Below, piece after piece: positions 25,956 to 39,593 of a DNA stretch of 64,000 nucleotides; position 1 is the first letter of the stretch, and every line of letters begins with the position of its first letter. Where the stretch lies: assembly GCA_013265495.1 (NCBI GenBank), contig MU058824.1, positions 4,243,111 to 4,307,110 of the forward strand, read 5' to 3'. Source of the DNA: Vicugna vicugna. Lineage: Eukaryota. Below the pieces are notes generated by a model. It was not told the DNA's origin and searched no databases. It saw only the letters and a list, made by a program, of their open reading frames with translations. The position numbers and the translations under genes were made by a program.

Positions 25956-26200
25956 TTGTGCCAAACTGATCTCATTTTCTTTTCTGAAGGCTTTATCAAA
26001 CTAGTACATCAGGAGAATGTCATTGGCATATACCTTGATTTTAAAGAAGATATCTTAAAAAATTTCCTAAGACCATTATGTGTAACTCAGAGAGATGTGG
26101 GCTGGATAAATAGAAGAGTTAATGTGAATTCTTAGCTAGTGGAACAGCTTACCCAAAAACTGATGATCAAGATCAACCTGAAGATAGATTTCTGTCATAA
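25956..26200 (+). mobile_element. CR1/L3 LINE reverse-transcriptase remnant
   Basis: Translation CQTDLIFFSEGFIKLVHQENVIGIYLDFK resembles CR1 RT CQTNLISFFD...VDVIYLDFSKAFD. Confidence 0.65.
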
Positions 26201-26485
26201 TGTATAAAGGCTCTGTTTAGTATAGAAGGGAAATATAGGATAGTGGCTAAGCATGTGGGACCAAGGGCTGGGCTCTTCTGCTTAATAGCTCTTTGACCTT
26301 AGGGAAGTTCTCCTTCTGTGCTTCAGTCTTTCTACCTATAAAATGAGGGTGATAGACTCTATATCTTAAGATTGTTAGAAATACTGAGTGAACATAAATA
26401 AAGTGTTCAGAATAGGAGGTTACTAATACATGGACAGAATTTGTAGAGAGGCAGAGTACTTCATTATTAAATCACCAAGTTAATT

Positions 26486-26557
26486 TATTTACAATAGGCA
26501 AGACATGGAAGCAACCTAAATGTCCATTGACAGATAAATGGATAAAGAAGATGTGGC

Positions 26558-26590
<33 letters not shown>

Positions 26591-27083
26591 ATGGAATACA
26601 TTGAGTACAACTATAAAAAAGAATGAAATAATGCCATTTGCAGCAACATGGATGAACCTGGAGATTATCACACTAAGCGAAGTAGGACAGACAAAGACAA
26701 ATATCATATGATAGCACTTATATGTGGAATCTAAAATATGGTACAAATGAGCTTACTTATAAAACAGAAACAGACTCACAGACGTAGAAAACAAACTTTT
26801 GCTTACCAAAGGGGAAAGGGGGTGGAGGAGGGATAATTAGGAGTTTGGGATTAGTAGATACAAGCTACTACATATAAAATAGATAAACAAGGTCCTACTG
26901 TATAGCACAGGGAACTATATTCAAAATCCTGTAATAAACCATAATGGGAAGGAAAATGAAACAGAATATATATATATATATATATACATCTGAATCACTT
27001 TGCTTTACACCAAAAACTAGGACAACACAGTGAATCAACTACACATAAGAAAAAAATGTTAAATAACAACAATAAAAAAAAAA
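26486..27083 (+). mobile_element. L1 3' end (end of ORF2, 3'UTR, poly-A) with (TA)n(CA)n microsatellites
   Basis: GACATGGAAGCAACCTAAATGTCCATTGACAG...CCTACTGTATAGCACAGGGAACTAT... then an A-rich tail. Confidence 0.92.
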
Positions 27084-28981
27084 GAAAATGGAGAATTTAC
27101 AACAAACACAATAGAAATACAAAGAATCATAAGAGATTACTGTGAAGAATCATATGCCAATAAAATGGACAACCTAGAAGAAATGGACAAATTCCTGAAA
27201 GTATATAACCTTCCAAGACTGAATCAGGAAGAAATAGAAAATATGAACAGACCAATTATCAGTAATGAAATTGAATCAGTAATTAAAAACAAAACCAAAA
27301 AACTCCCAACAAACAAAAGTCCAGGACTGGATGGTTTCATAAGTGAATTCTACCAAACATTTAGAGAAGAGTTAACATCTATCCTCTCAAACTATTCCAA
27401 AAAATTGCAGAGGAAGGAACACTCCTGAACTTATTCTGTGAGGCCAGCATCACTCTGATACCAATACCAGACAAAGATATCACACAAAAAAAGAAGATTA
27501 CAGGCTAATATCACTGATGAACATAGATGTAAAAATCCTCAACAAAATATTGGCAAACCGAGTTCAACAATACATTAAAAGGAGTGTACACCATGATCAA
27601 GTGAGATTTATCCCAGGGATGCAAGGATGGTTCAGTGTCTGCAAATCAATCAGTATTGTACACTGCATTAACAAATTGAAGAGTAAAAATCATATGATCA
27701 TCTCAGTAGATGCAGAAAAAGCTTTCAACAAAATTCAACATTCATTATGATAAAAACTCTTCAGAAAGTGTGCATAGACAGAACATACCTCAACATAATA
27801 AAGACCATATATTACAAACCCATAGCTAACATCATATTCAATGGTGAAAAGCTGAAAGCATCTCCTGTAAGATCATGAACAAGAAAAGGATGCCCACTCT
27901 TGCCACTTTTATTGAATATAGTGTTGGAAGTCCTAGTCACAGCAGTCAGACAGGAGAAAGAAATAAAAGGAATCCAAATTGGAAAGGAAGAAGTAAAACT
28001 GTCTCTGTTTGCAGATGACATGATATATACATAGAAAATCCTAAAGACACCACCAGAAAACTATGAGAGTGCATCAATGAATTCTATACACTAACAATAA
28101 ACTATCAAAAAGAGAATTTAAGGAAACAACCCCATTTACCATCACATCAGAAAGAATAAAATACCTAGAAGTAAACCTACCTAAGGAGGTAAAAGACCTA
28201 TACTCAGAAAACTGTAAGACACTGATGAAGGAAATTGAAGACTACACAAACAGATGGAAATACATACTGTGTTCATGGACTGGATGGATTAATATTGGTA
28301 AAAGGACCATACTACCCAAGGTAATCTACAGATTCAGTGCAATCTCCTTCAAAATACCAATGGCATTTTTCACAGAACTAGAACAAATAATTTTAAAGCT
28401 TGTATAGAAACACAAAAGACTCTGAATAGCCAAAACTATCTTGAGAAAGAAGAACAGAGCTGGAGGAATCACGTTCCCTGACTTCAGACTATACTATCAA
28501 GCTATAGTAATTAAAATAGTATGGTATTGGCAGAAAAACAGACACATAAATCAATGGAACCAATAAAGAGCCCAGAAATGAACCCACATTTATATGGGCA
28601 ATTAATCTATGACAAAGGAGGCAAGAATGTACAAGGAAAAAAAACCCACTCTCTTCAATAAATTGTATTGGGAAAACTGGACAGCTACATCAAAAGAATG
28701 AAACTGGACTACTTTCTCACACTATATAAAAAAATAAACTCGAAATGAATTAAAGACTTAAATGTAAGACCTGAAACCATAAACTCCTGGAAGAAACATA
28801 GGCAGTATGCTGTTTGACATTGGTTTTAGAAATATTTTTTTTAGATATGTCTCCTCAGGCAAGGACAACAGAGGAAAAATAAACAAATGTGTCTACAACA
28901 AACTAAAAAAATTTGCACAGCAAAAGAAACTATCAACAAAATGAAAAGACTACTTCCTGAATGGGAGAACAGATTTGCAAG
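27084..28981 (+). mobile_element. L1 ORF2 fragment (RT domain), frameshifted
   Basis: [37 protein letters not shown] (~28005-28022). Confidence 0.96.
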
Positions 28982-29442
28982 TGAAAGAGGGAGGCAGAAG
29001 AGTCAGAGAAGGAGATGTGACAAGGGAAGAAGGAATCAGAGAGGCCACAAGCCAAGGAATGTGGGCAGCCGCTACACCTTGGAAAAGGCCAGGAAGCAGA
29101 TTCTCCCCTGCAGCCTAAGGAAGACAAAGCTGATACCTTTTTTTTTAATTGAGATATATTTGACATATAACATTGTATTAGGTTCAGGTGTACAATATGT
29201 TGATTTGGTATATGTATATATTGTGAAATAATCACCACACATAGTTACAAAGTTAACATCCATCACCACATATAGTTACAATTTTTTTCTTGCAATGATA
29301 CCTACTCTGCTGCTTTGATTTTAGCCCCATGAAACCCATTTCAGACTCCTAACCTCCAGAACTTCAAGAGAATACAGTTGTGTTGTTTTAAGCCACTAAA
29401 TTTTATGTAATTTGTTACAGCAGCCATAGGAAACTAATACAT
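28982..29442 (+). mobile_element. MLT1C/D-type LTR 3' part, interrupted by an L1 3' end
   Basis: GCCACAAGCCAAGGAATG...GATTCTCCCCTG; resumes ~29304 and ends TTTGTTACAGCAGCCATAGGAAACTAATACA. Confidence 0.78.
29139..29295 (-). mobile_element. Short 5'-truncated L1 3' end
   Basis: Poly-T then AATTGAGATATATTTGACATATAAC; TSD TGATACCT at 29131-29138 and 29296-29303. Confidence 0.82.
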
Positions 29443-30639
29443 CATCTATAGTCTGGTGAATGTGTGTCCAGATTCATATATCTTATTGCCTATCTAATAG
29501 CTTCCTGTGACTATCTCTTCGGCATCTCAAACCTAACATGTTACAAATTAAAACTTTACTTTTAACTCCCCAAAACTGGTCACTCCCCCAGCTCTTCTCA
29601 TCTTGGTAAATGGCACTAATCACCCAATTACTAATGCCAGACATCTGGATGTCAATCTTGTTTCCTTCCTTTTCTCTATCATCTCCTCAAACCATAACTA
29701 AGTTTCATCAATTTTACTTCCAAACTAAGTATCATCTCCATCTACTTCAATTGAATTTCACTACCACCATTTTTTACAAGTAATTTTATTTTATTCTCTT
29801 TTATACAAAATGTGTGCATATACTACAAAATACAAAAGGTATTATAAATAGGAATTAAGTGAAAAGTCCATCTTCTCCCAGCCCTACCAGGCGCAATGAG
29901 TGATACCAGGCTTTTTTGGTATCCTTCCAGAGATTTTGCCACCATTCTTGACTCCCACCCAATTCATTCTCGACTCCCACTGAATCCATTCTCTGCACAG
30001 TAGCCAAAGTGATATTTAAAAAAGAAACCGGCTGGTACTTCCTTGCATAAAACCACTTAATGTCTGTCCTTTGTAGCTGATGCGACCTTCTGGTGGCTCT
30101 AAGCTAGTTGCAAGGGAACTAACAGTTCATAAGTATTCTGCAAATTAGAGCTTCATCATTAACCAAAATACAAGTGCAAATGATTGGACTTAAAATTCAC
30201 TTTATAGCAAGAACCTTCAATGAATTAGTAGACTGTTTAAATAGTTTTACCTGTGGTGAATTGTTTAATAGGTGTAAAAAATATTTTAATGTTTTGTATC
30301 ACCAACTCAAGCTGACCAAGTAATTTGAAAAGCCCATTAAAAGTCTTTATGAGGAGTCGCGTGAGCCCGTTCCCGTCACTTTCTCTGCCACCACTGTGCT
30401 CCTCTCTGCACGTCTCTGAGGCAGCCCGGCCTGGGGCTTGTCTGCAGGGAAGACCGAGGCTGAGCTCATTAAAAGCCTCAGCTGGTCTCTGCCTCGCCTT
30501 GGCCATCAGCATTTAACAGAGCCTTCTAACAGACAGGCTTCTGGAGTGGCACGGCTTCATTCAGGAGAGGGCTCTGGGTGGACCGCCACACGACCGTATT
30601 GTTTTGGTCATGCGTATGAAATGACTGCGGGGATGAGAG

Positions 30640-31460
30640 GCTTAAGAAACTGCACCTCAGGCGCCAGACCAAGACAACTACCCGCGTGGAACTCTGGTTC
30701 CGAGCGTCCGTGCGGCGGGCGGAGACTGCGGGGCGGGACCACGGGTTTGGAGGCGCCACGATCACGAAAGGCCCAGCCCCGCCCCGCCCTCCCTCACAGC
30801 CAATCGCCGAATTCCTCTGGGCCACGTAAGACGTGTCCGCAAACTAGCTGCGCGGGTGGGCGTGCGGAGCGCGCGAGGTGCACGAGGCGCACGGTGCCGG
30901 AGTCGTGCGCGCGCCCCCGCCCGGGGGCCCAGCGGCGGAAGCCGAGGGGGCGGGCTCGCGCCGTCCTGCTTTCCGGCGTGGCGCTCGGCTTTTTCCCGCG
31001 GGGCCAGGCGGTGGCGGCGGTGCGGAGGAGCCGCGTATCGGTTTCTGGTGAGAGCCGCGCGCCTGCTGGGGACTCGGGAGGCGGGGAAGGGGGAAGGCGA
31101 GCTTGAGGAGTGCAGCTTTCTGGCCCCCGGGGCTTCCTCCGGCCCTCGCCCAGAGGCCTCAGCTCCACGGCCGGCGGCTCCGTACCGCACCCGGCCCGGG
31201 CCTCGCTGTCTCTCCCGGGCCTACACGTCAGAGCCCCTCTTTAGCCTGGTGACGGGTCCCGCTTTAGACGCAGGTTGCGGGCAGGTTGCGTGCAGACCCC
31301 GGGAAAATGACCGGGAAGTTGAAGCGCAGGGTATTAGAGCGAAGCCCGGCTGTACTCCATCCCCACCGGCTGTCCTGAAAGATAGCGTCCCGTCGCGGGG
31401 GTGTGCAGGAGAGGGCGGAGAGCTGCGGGGCAGATAAGTGGCCCTCCGGTATCAGGGATC
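30640..31460 (+). promoter_or_regulatory. GNE: CpG island / main GNE promoter
   Basis: Very GC- and CpG-dense. GC boxes (GCCCCGCCCCGCCC from 30776), CCAAT 30800-30804, ETS-like CGGAAG/TTCCGG, GCGC-rich NRF1-like stretch ~30905-30915. Lies ~5 kb upstream of exon 2. Confidence 0.92.
30960..31047 (+). other. GNE: GNE non-coding first exon (GNE1 5'UTR); start approximate
   Basis: Donor CTG|GTGAGA at 31047/31048 inside the CpG island, no ATG in the segment, G-runs downstream. The TSS cannot be read from sequence. Confidence 0.7.
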
Positions 31461-32669
31461 GGACTGAAAGATAATCTTGAGTGTCTGCAGTGAAACCTAT
31501 ACTCGGGGTCTGGGCTTCCTTGGAAGTTTAATGTGTTTATTTCCCTTCCTACCCCGCACCCCCAATCTTGAGCACACTTGTAAAATTGTGAGAGCACGAA
31601 AAAGTATTAGTTTGGAATACTGACGGAGAAGAGGGATTGGGTACAGCTCTAGCATTTAGAGATAACTGTTTAACCCACTATAGAAGCTCTGGAAGAAGTC
31701 ACACTGGAGTCTAGTTCAGGATAGGGTTCTGAATTTCAGACCACTTTTTATAGCCTCCTCCTTATTTCTGTGAGTCTCATCCCCTCTGCACTGAGGGAAA
31801 AGCGATGCCTAGCAGGACCAGGCGTAGGGAAGATTCTCCCTTATGGGTGTTTATGAAATCACAGACACAGGCAAACACTGGACGTGGGCACTATCTGAAT
31901 GCAGATTTGGTGTTTGGTTCTGGCAATTATCTGTGATTTGGGGCAAGTAGATTGGTTTTTGCTGTACCTCAGTATGCCCATCTGTCAAATGAGGCTAATG
32001 AGATGGGGCTGTGAGGATGAATTGTGTTGATGCTTGTAAAGCTCACATGTGCTTGGCAGATGTTGACTGTGATGGTTTCCTCTGCCCCGAGACTGCTTGA
32101 GCCAAGTGTTCATCTGTCTTTTTCCATTGTTGGATGGGACAACAGTCTTTATTTTTCTGGAAAAGGTCACTTTTTGTCTGTTTATAATAGTCAGTCTTGA
32201 GAGAATGCAGGTTTCTCAGAGAGTACCAGTGAGTTCAAGGTGAAGGCCTATTTTCTGGCATCTGTGTTTTGGTGGCACTTGTTACTATTACAGAATTGAA
32301 TGAAATGGATGCAAATATCCAATCCGACCTGCTTTCTGAGCTTTAGGCTTTAAGGACTGTGGACATTGCATCCTCAGTGTCTGTGTAAAAGATTCCCTGT
32401 TTTAGGTATGGTGTTTCAAATATGTTGAAAAGAGACAATATCACATCTTCTACCAGTCATCAAGATTTAACATGCGTTAACGTGTTACCATGTTTGTTTC
32501 AGACCTCTACTTACAATTAAAAATAAATTTTTACATGGACAGTGAAAATCCTTTAAGCCCCCGTTTCCTTTCCCTTCTCTTCTTCAGAAGTAACTACTTT
32601 CCTGAGTTGGTGTGTAATTTTACTATAGCTTAATAAACAACATACAGTAATGTTTTACATATTTTTAAA

Positions 32670-32800
32670 TTTTATTTTTTATTGAAGTGTAGTTGATTTT
32701 AAATGTTAGTTTCAAGTGTACAGCAAAGTGATTCAGTTATACATATACGTGCATATATATACTCACAAATGTTTTCAGGTTCTTTTCCATTTTAAGTTTT
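32670..32800 (-). mobile_element. Short L1 3' end
   Basis: TTTTTATTGAAGTGTAGTTGATTT...GTACAGCAAAGTGATTCAGTTATACATATA. Confidence 0.75.
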
Positions 32801-35800
32801 ATATACATTTTTTAAATGGTGACCTATTGTATTTAACTTTTTAGAATTTTCTGTTTTCCTCTGACATTATATGTTTGAGATTTATCAATATTGACATGTG
32901 TAGACACAGTCCATTTGTTTTCATTGCTGTCTAGGATTCCACTCTAAAGAAACTAGTTTTATCTTGTTTCGCATTGCACTTTATGCAACTTAAATCCTCC
33001 TATTATAGTTTAAGTCCATTTTGGCACATTTATTCATTCTATACTTGTCATGAAGACTCTGATCACAGATCTCAGTATAAAAATGGATCTTTGGGCTTGA
33101 CATTCAGAACAGAAAAATAATGCATATGGGGCAGAGAAAGAAAATGTATTAATTTTCTTCCTGGTGCTTCTGTTTGGGCAAGTGAAGTTAAGATCTATTC
33201 TGTGGCCTGATGTCATGACTAGACTATAAGTTCCTAAAAATCAGAGGTGAGGTCTTTCTCAGCTCCACATCTCTCAGTGTACTTTACAGTCCTCTGCGCA
33301 GAGTCGGTTCTCAATAACTCTTTGTGACATTGGTCATTTTTACTTTCAGGGCTCTTATAGCCCTATATATATTTGAAAAGTTGATGGCCAGTAATTTTCA
33401 AAATTGCACTTTTAGGTTTGATATTTCTAATCAGACTTTAAACTTTCCCATTTTATCACTTAATTCAGAAACTTAATTAGGAACAGTTTAAAAAGCAAGG
33501 TAAGCAATAAGTTTGTAGAATATAATACTAATTGCATGATACACACTGTGTATTTATAAAATACGTATGTATTTATATACGTAAAATATATGTGTATTTA
33601 TTTATAAATGCATAGCAGAAGGACAGATAAGAAAATAGTAACTCTAAGCATCCAGGGAGAACTACATATCTGGGAACACAGATGAGAAGACTGTTTGCTA
33701 TATAGCCTCTTGTGACTTGTCAATTTTAAATCATGTGAATGTACTACCTAATCAAAAAAATAAGTCAATTAAAATTATTTTTGAAAAAGAATTCCCCCCT
33801 TAAAAAGGCATTTTTCCATTATTTCCTTTTTCAGATTTAACTTTTTTTTTCCTTAAAGTTTTGGCCCTAGTAACGTGTTTTTCATAGTTTGTTAATATGG
33901 CTACCTTACTTTCGGTTTTAGTAGAATAACCTTTGAGTTACCTGGTAAATACTAAGCATTTTAGAATTGCCAGATGAAAAGTTTGCTGTTCTTTTAAAAT
34001 AAATACACATTTACCAATCATGAATGATTTGCTTTGCCTCACTCAGCAAATTAAATATCACTAACAATTTATACAGCCCAAATTTAATGATGCATGGAAG
34101 AAGGTTTATGTACAGGGACACTTAAAACAGCCATTTTTGGAAAAATATTTTTGTCCCTTTGATGATTGGGTAGTGCTTAGATCTTACAAATACAACTCTC
34201 TTGACAGAATGCTTACTTCATTATCTTCTTAATGCCTTCTGCTGGGTGGAAGTAGCTTTTACTGGAGATTATTAATTGACATGAATGGGCTTAATGATGG
34301 GCAGTTTGTGTGATTACAGTTCTAGCCTAAGAGAGATGAGGCATCAACAGCAGAGGTGGGATTTCCACTGTCCAGAGTCTACTCCGATTTAAAAGGCAGC
34401 TCCCTTTTTATTGACATCCTTCTCAAGCTTCTCTGGATTCCTGATTGCAAATTCTGAATAGTGATACACTTCCTGAGACATATGCATTGAGGTCAGTCCA
34501 TGAAGTAATTTACATCAATATAAGCAAGTTTAAAAAGCTCCCTGAAACAGAGCTCTTATCCCTTGCCCCTGGTTTTTACTTTTTGACTGAAGGGTATGGA
34601 ATTCTGGGGGGATGGGTGGGCAGAGGAGTTGAGCAATAGTTTATGTGTGGTGGGCAGGGCCACAGTGCTCCGAGGGAGGCTGCCTCTAAGAGAGGTGGGG
34701 TGAAGAGGAACTGAGGTTTATGTGAAAGCTTTCCAGAAGATGGGGCCCTTAGACTGAGTTTTAAAGGCTGAGGAAGAGTCCAGGCAAGAGGGAAGGGAAG
34801 TTTTAGGTGGAGGTACTTGCTTCTAGAAAGGCACGGAGACGTGGAGACCCACCAGTTGAACTACACGCACTTGGGTGTGGCTTTGGCACAGAGTAAGGGT
34901 GATTGTAAGTAAGGGAGAAATGGCTGGAAGGATGGACTAGGTCCAGACCAGCAATTTGGAATTTGTCCACAGGTGGTATATCCTGTCTAGCAATGTAATC
35001 AGATTTATGAACTTTGGCAAGATCACTCTGAAAGTTTGTGGGAGGCAGGGCAAGACTAGAGACAGGCAAACCACTTTGACAAGTGTGAGAATAGTTCAGA
35101 CCTAAGATGAGGGATTGGACTAGGGGATGTCCTGGTGGGTGGGGATGGAGAAGAGATAGATTTGAAAGATACTCTTTCAGGAGGTTGAATTGACGGGGCT
35201 TAGGAGGTACAGGGTGAGGAACTGAGAAAACAAGGATATAAAGGCATTTGGATAAACGAAGTTCATAACTGAGTCAGAAAACAAGGAAGGAGGAACAGGT
35301 TTGTAAAAAAATGAGTTTGGTTTGGAACAGTGACTTTAAGGTGCCTGTGGGATAGGAGACAGCTGGTAGGCATTTGGAGTTGTCAAGTTTGTAGGCACTG
35401 GCTATGGTGCTAAGGAGGTATTTTTGTTTTATCTTATTCATCCCTCTCTTCCTCAGCACAAATCATAGTGCTTTGTATATGGTGTATAATGTGAGGGTGA
35501 ACAGCTCTCATTCCTTTTAAGGTGTGGTCTTAAATCTTGAGGAAGGAATTTCCTTTCTCAAGACTTGTTTCTCTTTCTGTAAATGAGGGAGTTGAACTAG
35601 ATCAGTAGTTTTCAGCTAAAGTTTTGCTCTTGTCTGGTATATTGGGATCAGTTGTGAGGAATGGCAAGTAATTCTTAATAGTAAACAGTTGATGTTTGCT
35701 GACCTTTTATATGAGGGTTGATTTATGTTATTAACTGCATTCCAGTATGTTTTCTTAAGTGTAAGAGAAAGGGGTGGAGTTATAGTTGGTATGCTGGAAT

Positions 35801-35943
35801 TTCATAACTTGATATACCAGTGGGTGTGTCACACAGACGTTGGGGTGGGACTAAAGGTTAAGAATCACTATACTAAACGGTGATTAAGAACTTAACAACT
35901 GCAACATTTTATATCTAGGACCTATCGTTCAGATTATAAATAA

Positions 35944-36171
<228 letters not shown>

Positions 36172-36207
36172 TAAGATGAAAGCATTTTCTTATAATATTC
36201 TTCATTG

Positions 36208-36455
36208 CAACATGGTGTACTGGAGAGAACGTGGATCTTGGAGCTGTGTGGACCCAGCTTCAAATCCCAGTTCTGTCACTTAGTTTTCATGTGGCCTTGG
36301 AGAAGTTGCTTAGCATCTCTGAGCCTCAGGTTCCCCAGTTATAAAATGGATTGAAAATTTGTGTTGTAGATTATTGTGAAGAATGGACATAGTGATATAA
36401 AGTTTATGTCTATATAGTGATGCTGCTTAATAGATGCTTGATAAATTATAGCTAT
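36208..36455 (+). mobile_element. MIR SINE just downstream of exon 2
   Basis: TTCAAATCCCAGTTCTGTCACTTA...TCTCTGAGCCTCAGGTTCCCCAGTTATAAAATGG MIR core. Confidence 0.8.
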
Positions 36456-39394
36456 CTTTATTCTTACTATTATTTGCTATTACATTCAGAAATGCCATTT
36501 ATAAATACATATTGTGTGACTATAGTATGATTCTAGGTAATCTGTTTTGTGAGTTGTAATGGTAATTCTACATTAAAACTGCATATAAGGGAGTAGATAT
36601 GGAACAAGATTTTAAAAATCTAATTGATCTACAAGATAAAGTAGAAATTTATATTACCACTACCGTTGACACTTATTTTGGTGACTTTAGGTTTGTTATC
36701 GATCACAGTCTAAATATGAAAAATGAAAGTTGGGAAATCTTTGAAGAGGCAGAATGTATAAACGAAAGATGAACATTCATTTTGCTGTTGCAATAAAGTG
36801 GCATTTAGTGCACCCTTGTGGCATGAAAACATTAATGCAGCCTCCAAAGATGATCAAAAATATAGTGTTAAATGTGAAAGAAGCTTGTGTTAAAATAAAA
36901 TTGTCTTTTTTAGGCTTTTTTTTTTAAACTAAGATAATAACAGTGGCAAAAACAAACAAAAACTTGCCTCCAAAAGCCGATTTAGCAATTTGCTCTAAGA
37001 AAATACTTAAAAGAGTAGAGAAGAACTTATGGATTGCTCAAAAGGTCATAGATTTTCAAAATGTGAATGAATGCTGGCTAACAAAACCCACTTGAGTTTT
37101 CCTACATTATTGGACAAAGATAGGACAAAGTTGAAGAGAAAGTTGAGCTAGATCCCGAGATGAAAGGCTAAGTGGGTGCTTTCACTCCTATGAGAAGAGG
37201 TTGAGACAGGCTCTCAAGGAGATAGTGGTAGGTTTTCTTATCTGCCTACCGCAGTAGTTAAGGGGGAGAGGTAGTATTTGTCAGGTGAGACTGTTAAATA
37301 GGAAACTTGACTAGTACTTAACGGAAATGGATGTTTATAGTGCATTCTAGCATAGGAAATTGGCTGCTTCTGGGGAAAGAAACTGGATGACGGGGAAACA
37401 AATGAGAAGTAGCCTTTTCACCATACAGCCTTTTGTGTCTTGAATTTTAAACCACATGAATGTATTTATTTTAAGAAGATGTTAAACCAACAGAAAAAAT
37501 AAGCTACTTTTTTACTTCGGTTACTTGGGTTTTTTTTTTTTTAAAAAACAGTATTTTTATACTCTTATGAATTGGGCAAAAAAGGACATCAAATAAATAA
37601 CATAGACTACTTAAAAATTCATTTGGTCATTTAGTTATTCAACACATTTTTTAAGAGAGACTAAGAATGTTTCTAAACATTCTCCAGTGCACACGTCAGC
37701 CCCCACAACAAAGTTCTTTCTGGCCCTGAAATGCCAAGGTGCCGACATTGAGAGACCCTGCTCTGTGGTATTCCTCTGACAAACACGTGGGAAAAATGAT
37801 TAGAACAGTGCTGTTATTTTGGACTGGACAGTTGTGTTACTAGCTAAGCGACTTGCTCCCCTATTAACAGTAATCTCAAATAGATGAGATTCAAATTCAC
37901 ACTTAGCTAAATGCACATCACTTCACGACTACATAACTCGGCACTTCAGGAGCGCTTGAGAATTTTAAAGTCATGCATGCCAAAAATCTGCTGTCCTGTC
38001 TTTGTGTGTGTATGTCTGTGTGTGTAACCTCCTTTTGCTCTCTCTCACACACACACACAATATTTAACACAGATAGAGTGCACTGCACTGTATACTCAAC
38101 TGGTGCTCATTACATTGTGAAGACTGGTTCCCATACCAACCAGTTGCTCAGATAGAGAGGGTTAAAATGACTGTCTTGGAGTCAGAGGGGTTAATATCCT
38201 AATGTCTAAAGGAAGCTCCAGATAAGAAGTTAAAATAAATTCAGTCTTAGAATAAGACTGTCAAACATGCTGATTAATAATGGAGGTGACAGTCTTCCTG
38301 GAAGAGATTAATTTTCAAGTCTAGTTGACTCTAACAGAGTAAGTATCTCAGCATAATTGTGCATAACTTTTGTATCTCAAGACATCAGATGGTTTTGATA
38401 CTCTTTATACAACTGTCTGAGTGGTAGAGGGGTTATCACCAATGTGAAAGCTGAGGAGAAAACTTAAACCCCTGAAGGATCAGATTCCCTCTGCTGATGG
38501 GAAGGTGAAGTTTGAGAACTGCTGGTGATGTTTCTTTACACTTTTAATATGTGGCAGCACAAAGAAAAGAGGTAATCAGAAAACAAAAACTGGTAGGTCA
38601 TTCAGTTGATTTTCATCTAAGAATGATGCTTCCAAATTAGAGACAAGGTTATTTGAAGGGGGAATGGTACTGTCAGTAAAGATTAATGAGAAAGTTGGTT
38701 GTGGTATGGGTACTGTGAGGACCCTACTGCTGTGAAGAGGTTCAGTTTGAGGACTTTAGACTTGATCCAGTGCATTTGTTTTATTTCATTTAGAGAGTAT
38801 ATTGATGGCCTAGTTTTGTTACAGTCCCATAGTTTTTGAAAATGTTCAAGTTTGGCAGCAGTTCAAACCAAATACTTAAAACTTGTTTGTTTAATACAGA
38901 ATTTAGAAGTGAAGTCAGTATTTTGGTTTAACTCAGGCTTCAGCAAATTCTTCAAGTATATTTGGTGTTATGGGACATAATGTTTTATATTTTGAGATAC
39001 TATTTCAAGGGGATTCTGATTCTGGTTCCTGAAAGATGCACATGGTCAGGTATGAACATTATGTAGGTGGGACAGTCTCAGAATTAAAGCGATGTTGCAT
39101 GAGCTGTTCATCACAGATAGAACTCCAGAAATCCAAGTCCTTCAGCTAACCTGTCATTGCTCAGAACCAAAATGCATATTTAATCACATTCTGCCCTCCA
39201 TTAAAAGAAAAAGTATGGCTTTGAATTCAGGGAGTAAAATTATTTTGTGGCCTTGGGATACAAAACTAATCAGTTAACGTAAAACATGAAGCAGTCCAAA
39301 ATTCAAGCTCAGCTAAGTTAATTCCTGATAGAATTTATATCCTGAAAATAGCATTTTGGCCTTCTTGAAATGTTATTACTGTGAAGGGACTTTT

Positions 39395-39593
39395 GTTGTT
39401 GTTGTTGTTTAAATTTTTATTGAAGTATAGTCGGTTTACAATGTTGTGTTAATTTCTGGTATATAGCATAATTATTCAATTATACATAAATACATATATT
39501 CCTTTTCATATTCTTTTCATTATAGGCTATTACAAGATATTGAATATAATTCCCTGTGTACAGTAGGCCCTTGTTTATCTATTCTATATATAG
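39395..39593 (-). mobile_element. L1 3' end with (AAC)n/A tail, fused to U6
   Basis: Resembles the L1 3' end at 26870-27050; tail at ~39395-39418; GACTTTT duplicated at 39388-39394 and 39700-39706. Confidence 0.88.

Noticed and set aside
27084..28981. Active reverse-transcriptase gene or novel RT system
   Set aside because: Ordinary L1 ORF2 with stops, frameshifts and an internal deletion near 28085.
30800..30826. Canonical ERSE (CCAAT-N9-CCACG)
   Set aside because: Spacer is 17 nt; reported only as an ACGT dyad.
30438..31437. Long overlapping ORFs (222, 193, 142, 124 aa)
   Set aside because: Arg/Ala/Gly/Pro-rich by-products of the stop-poor CpG island; no recognisable domain.
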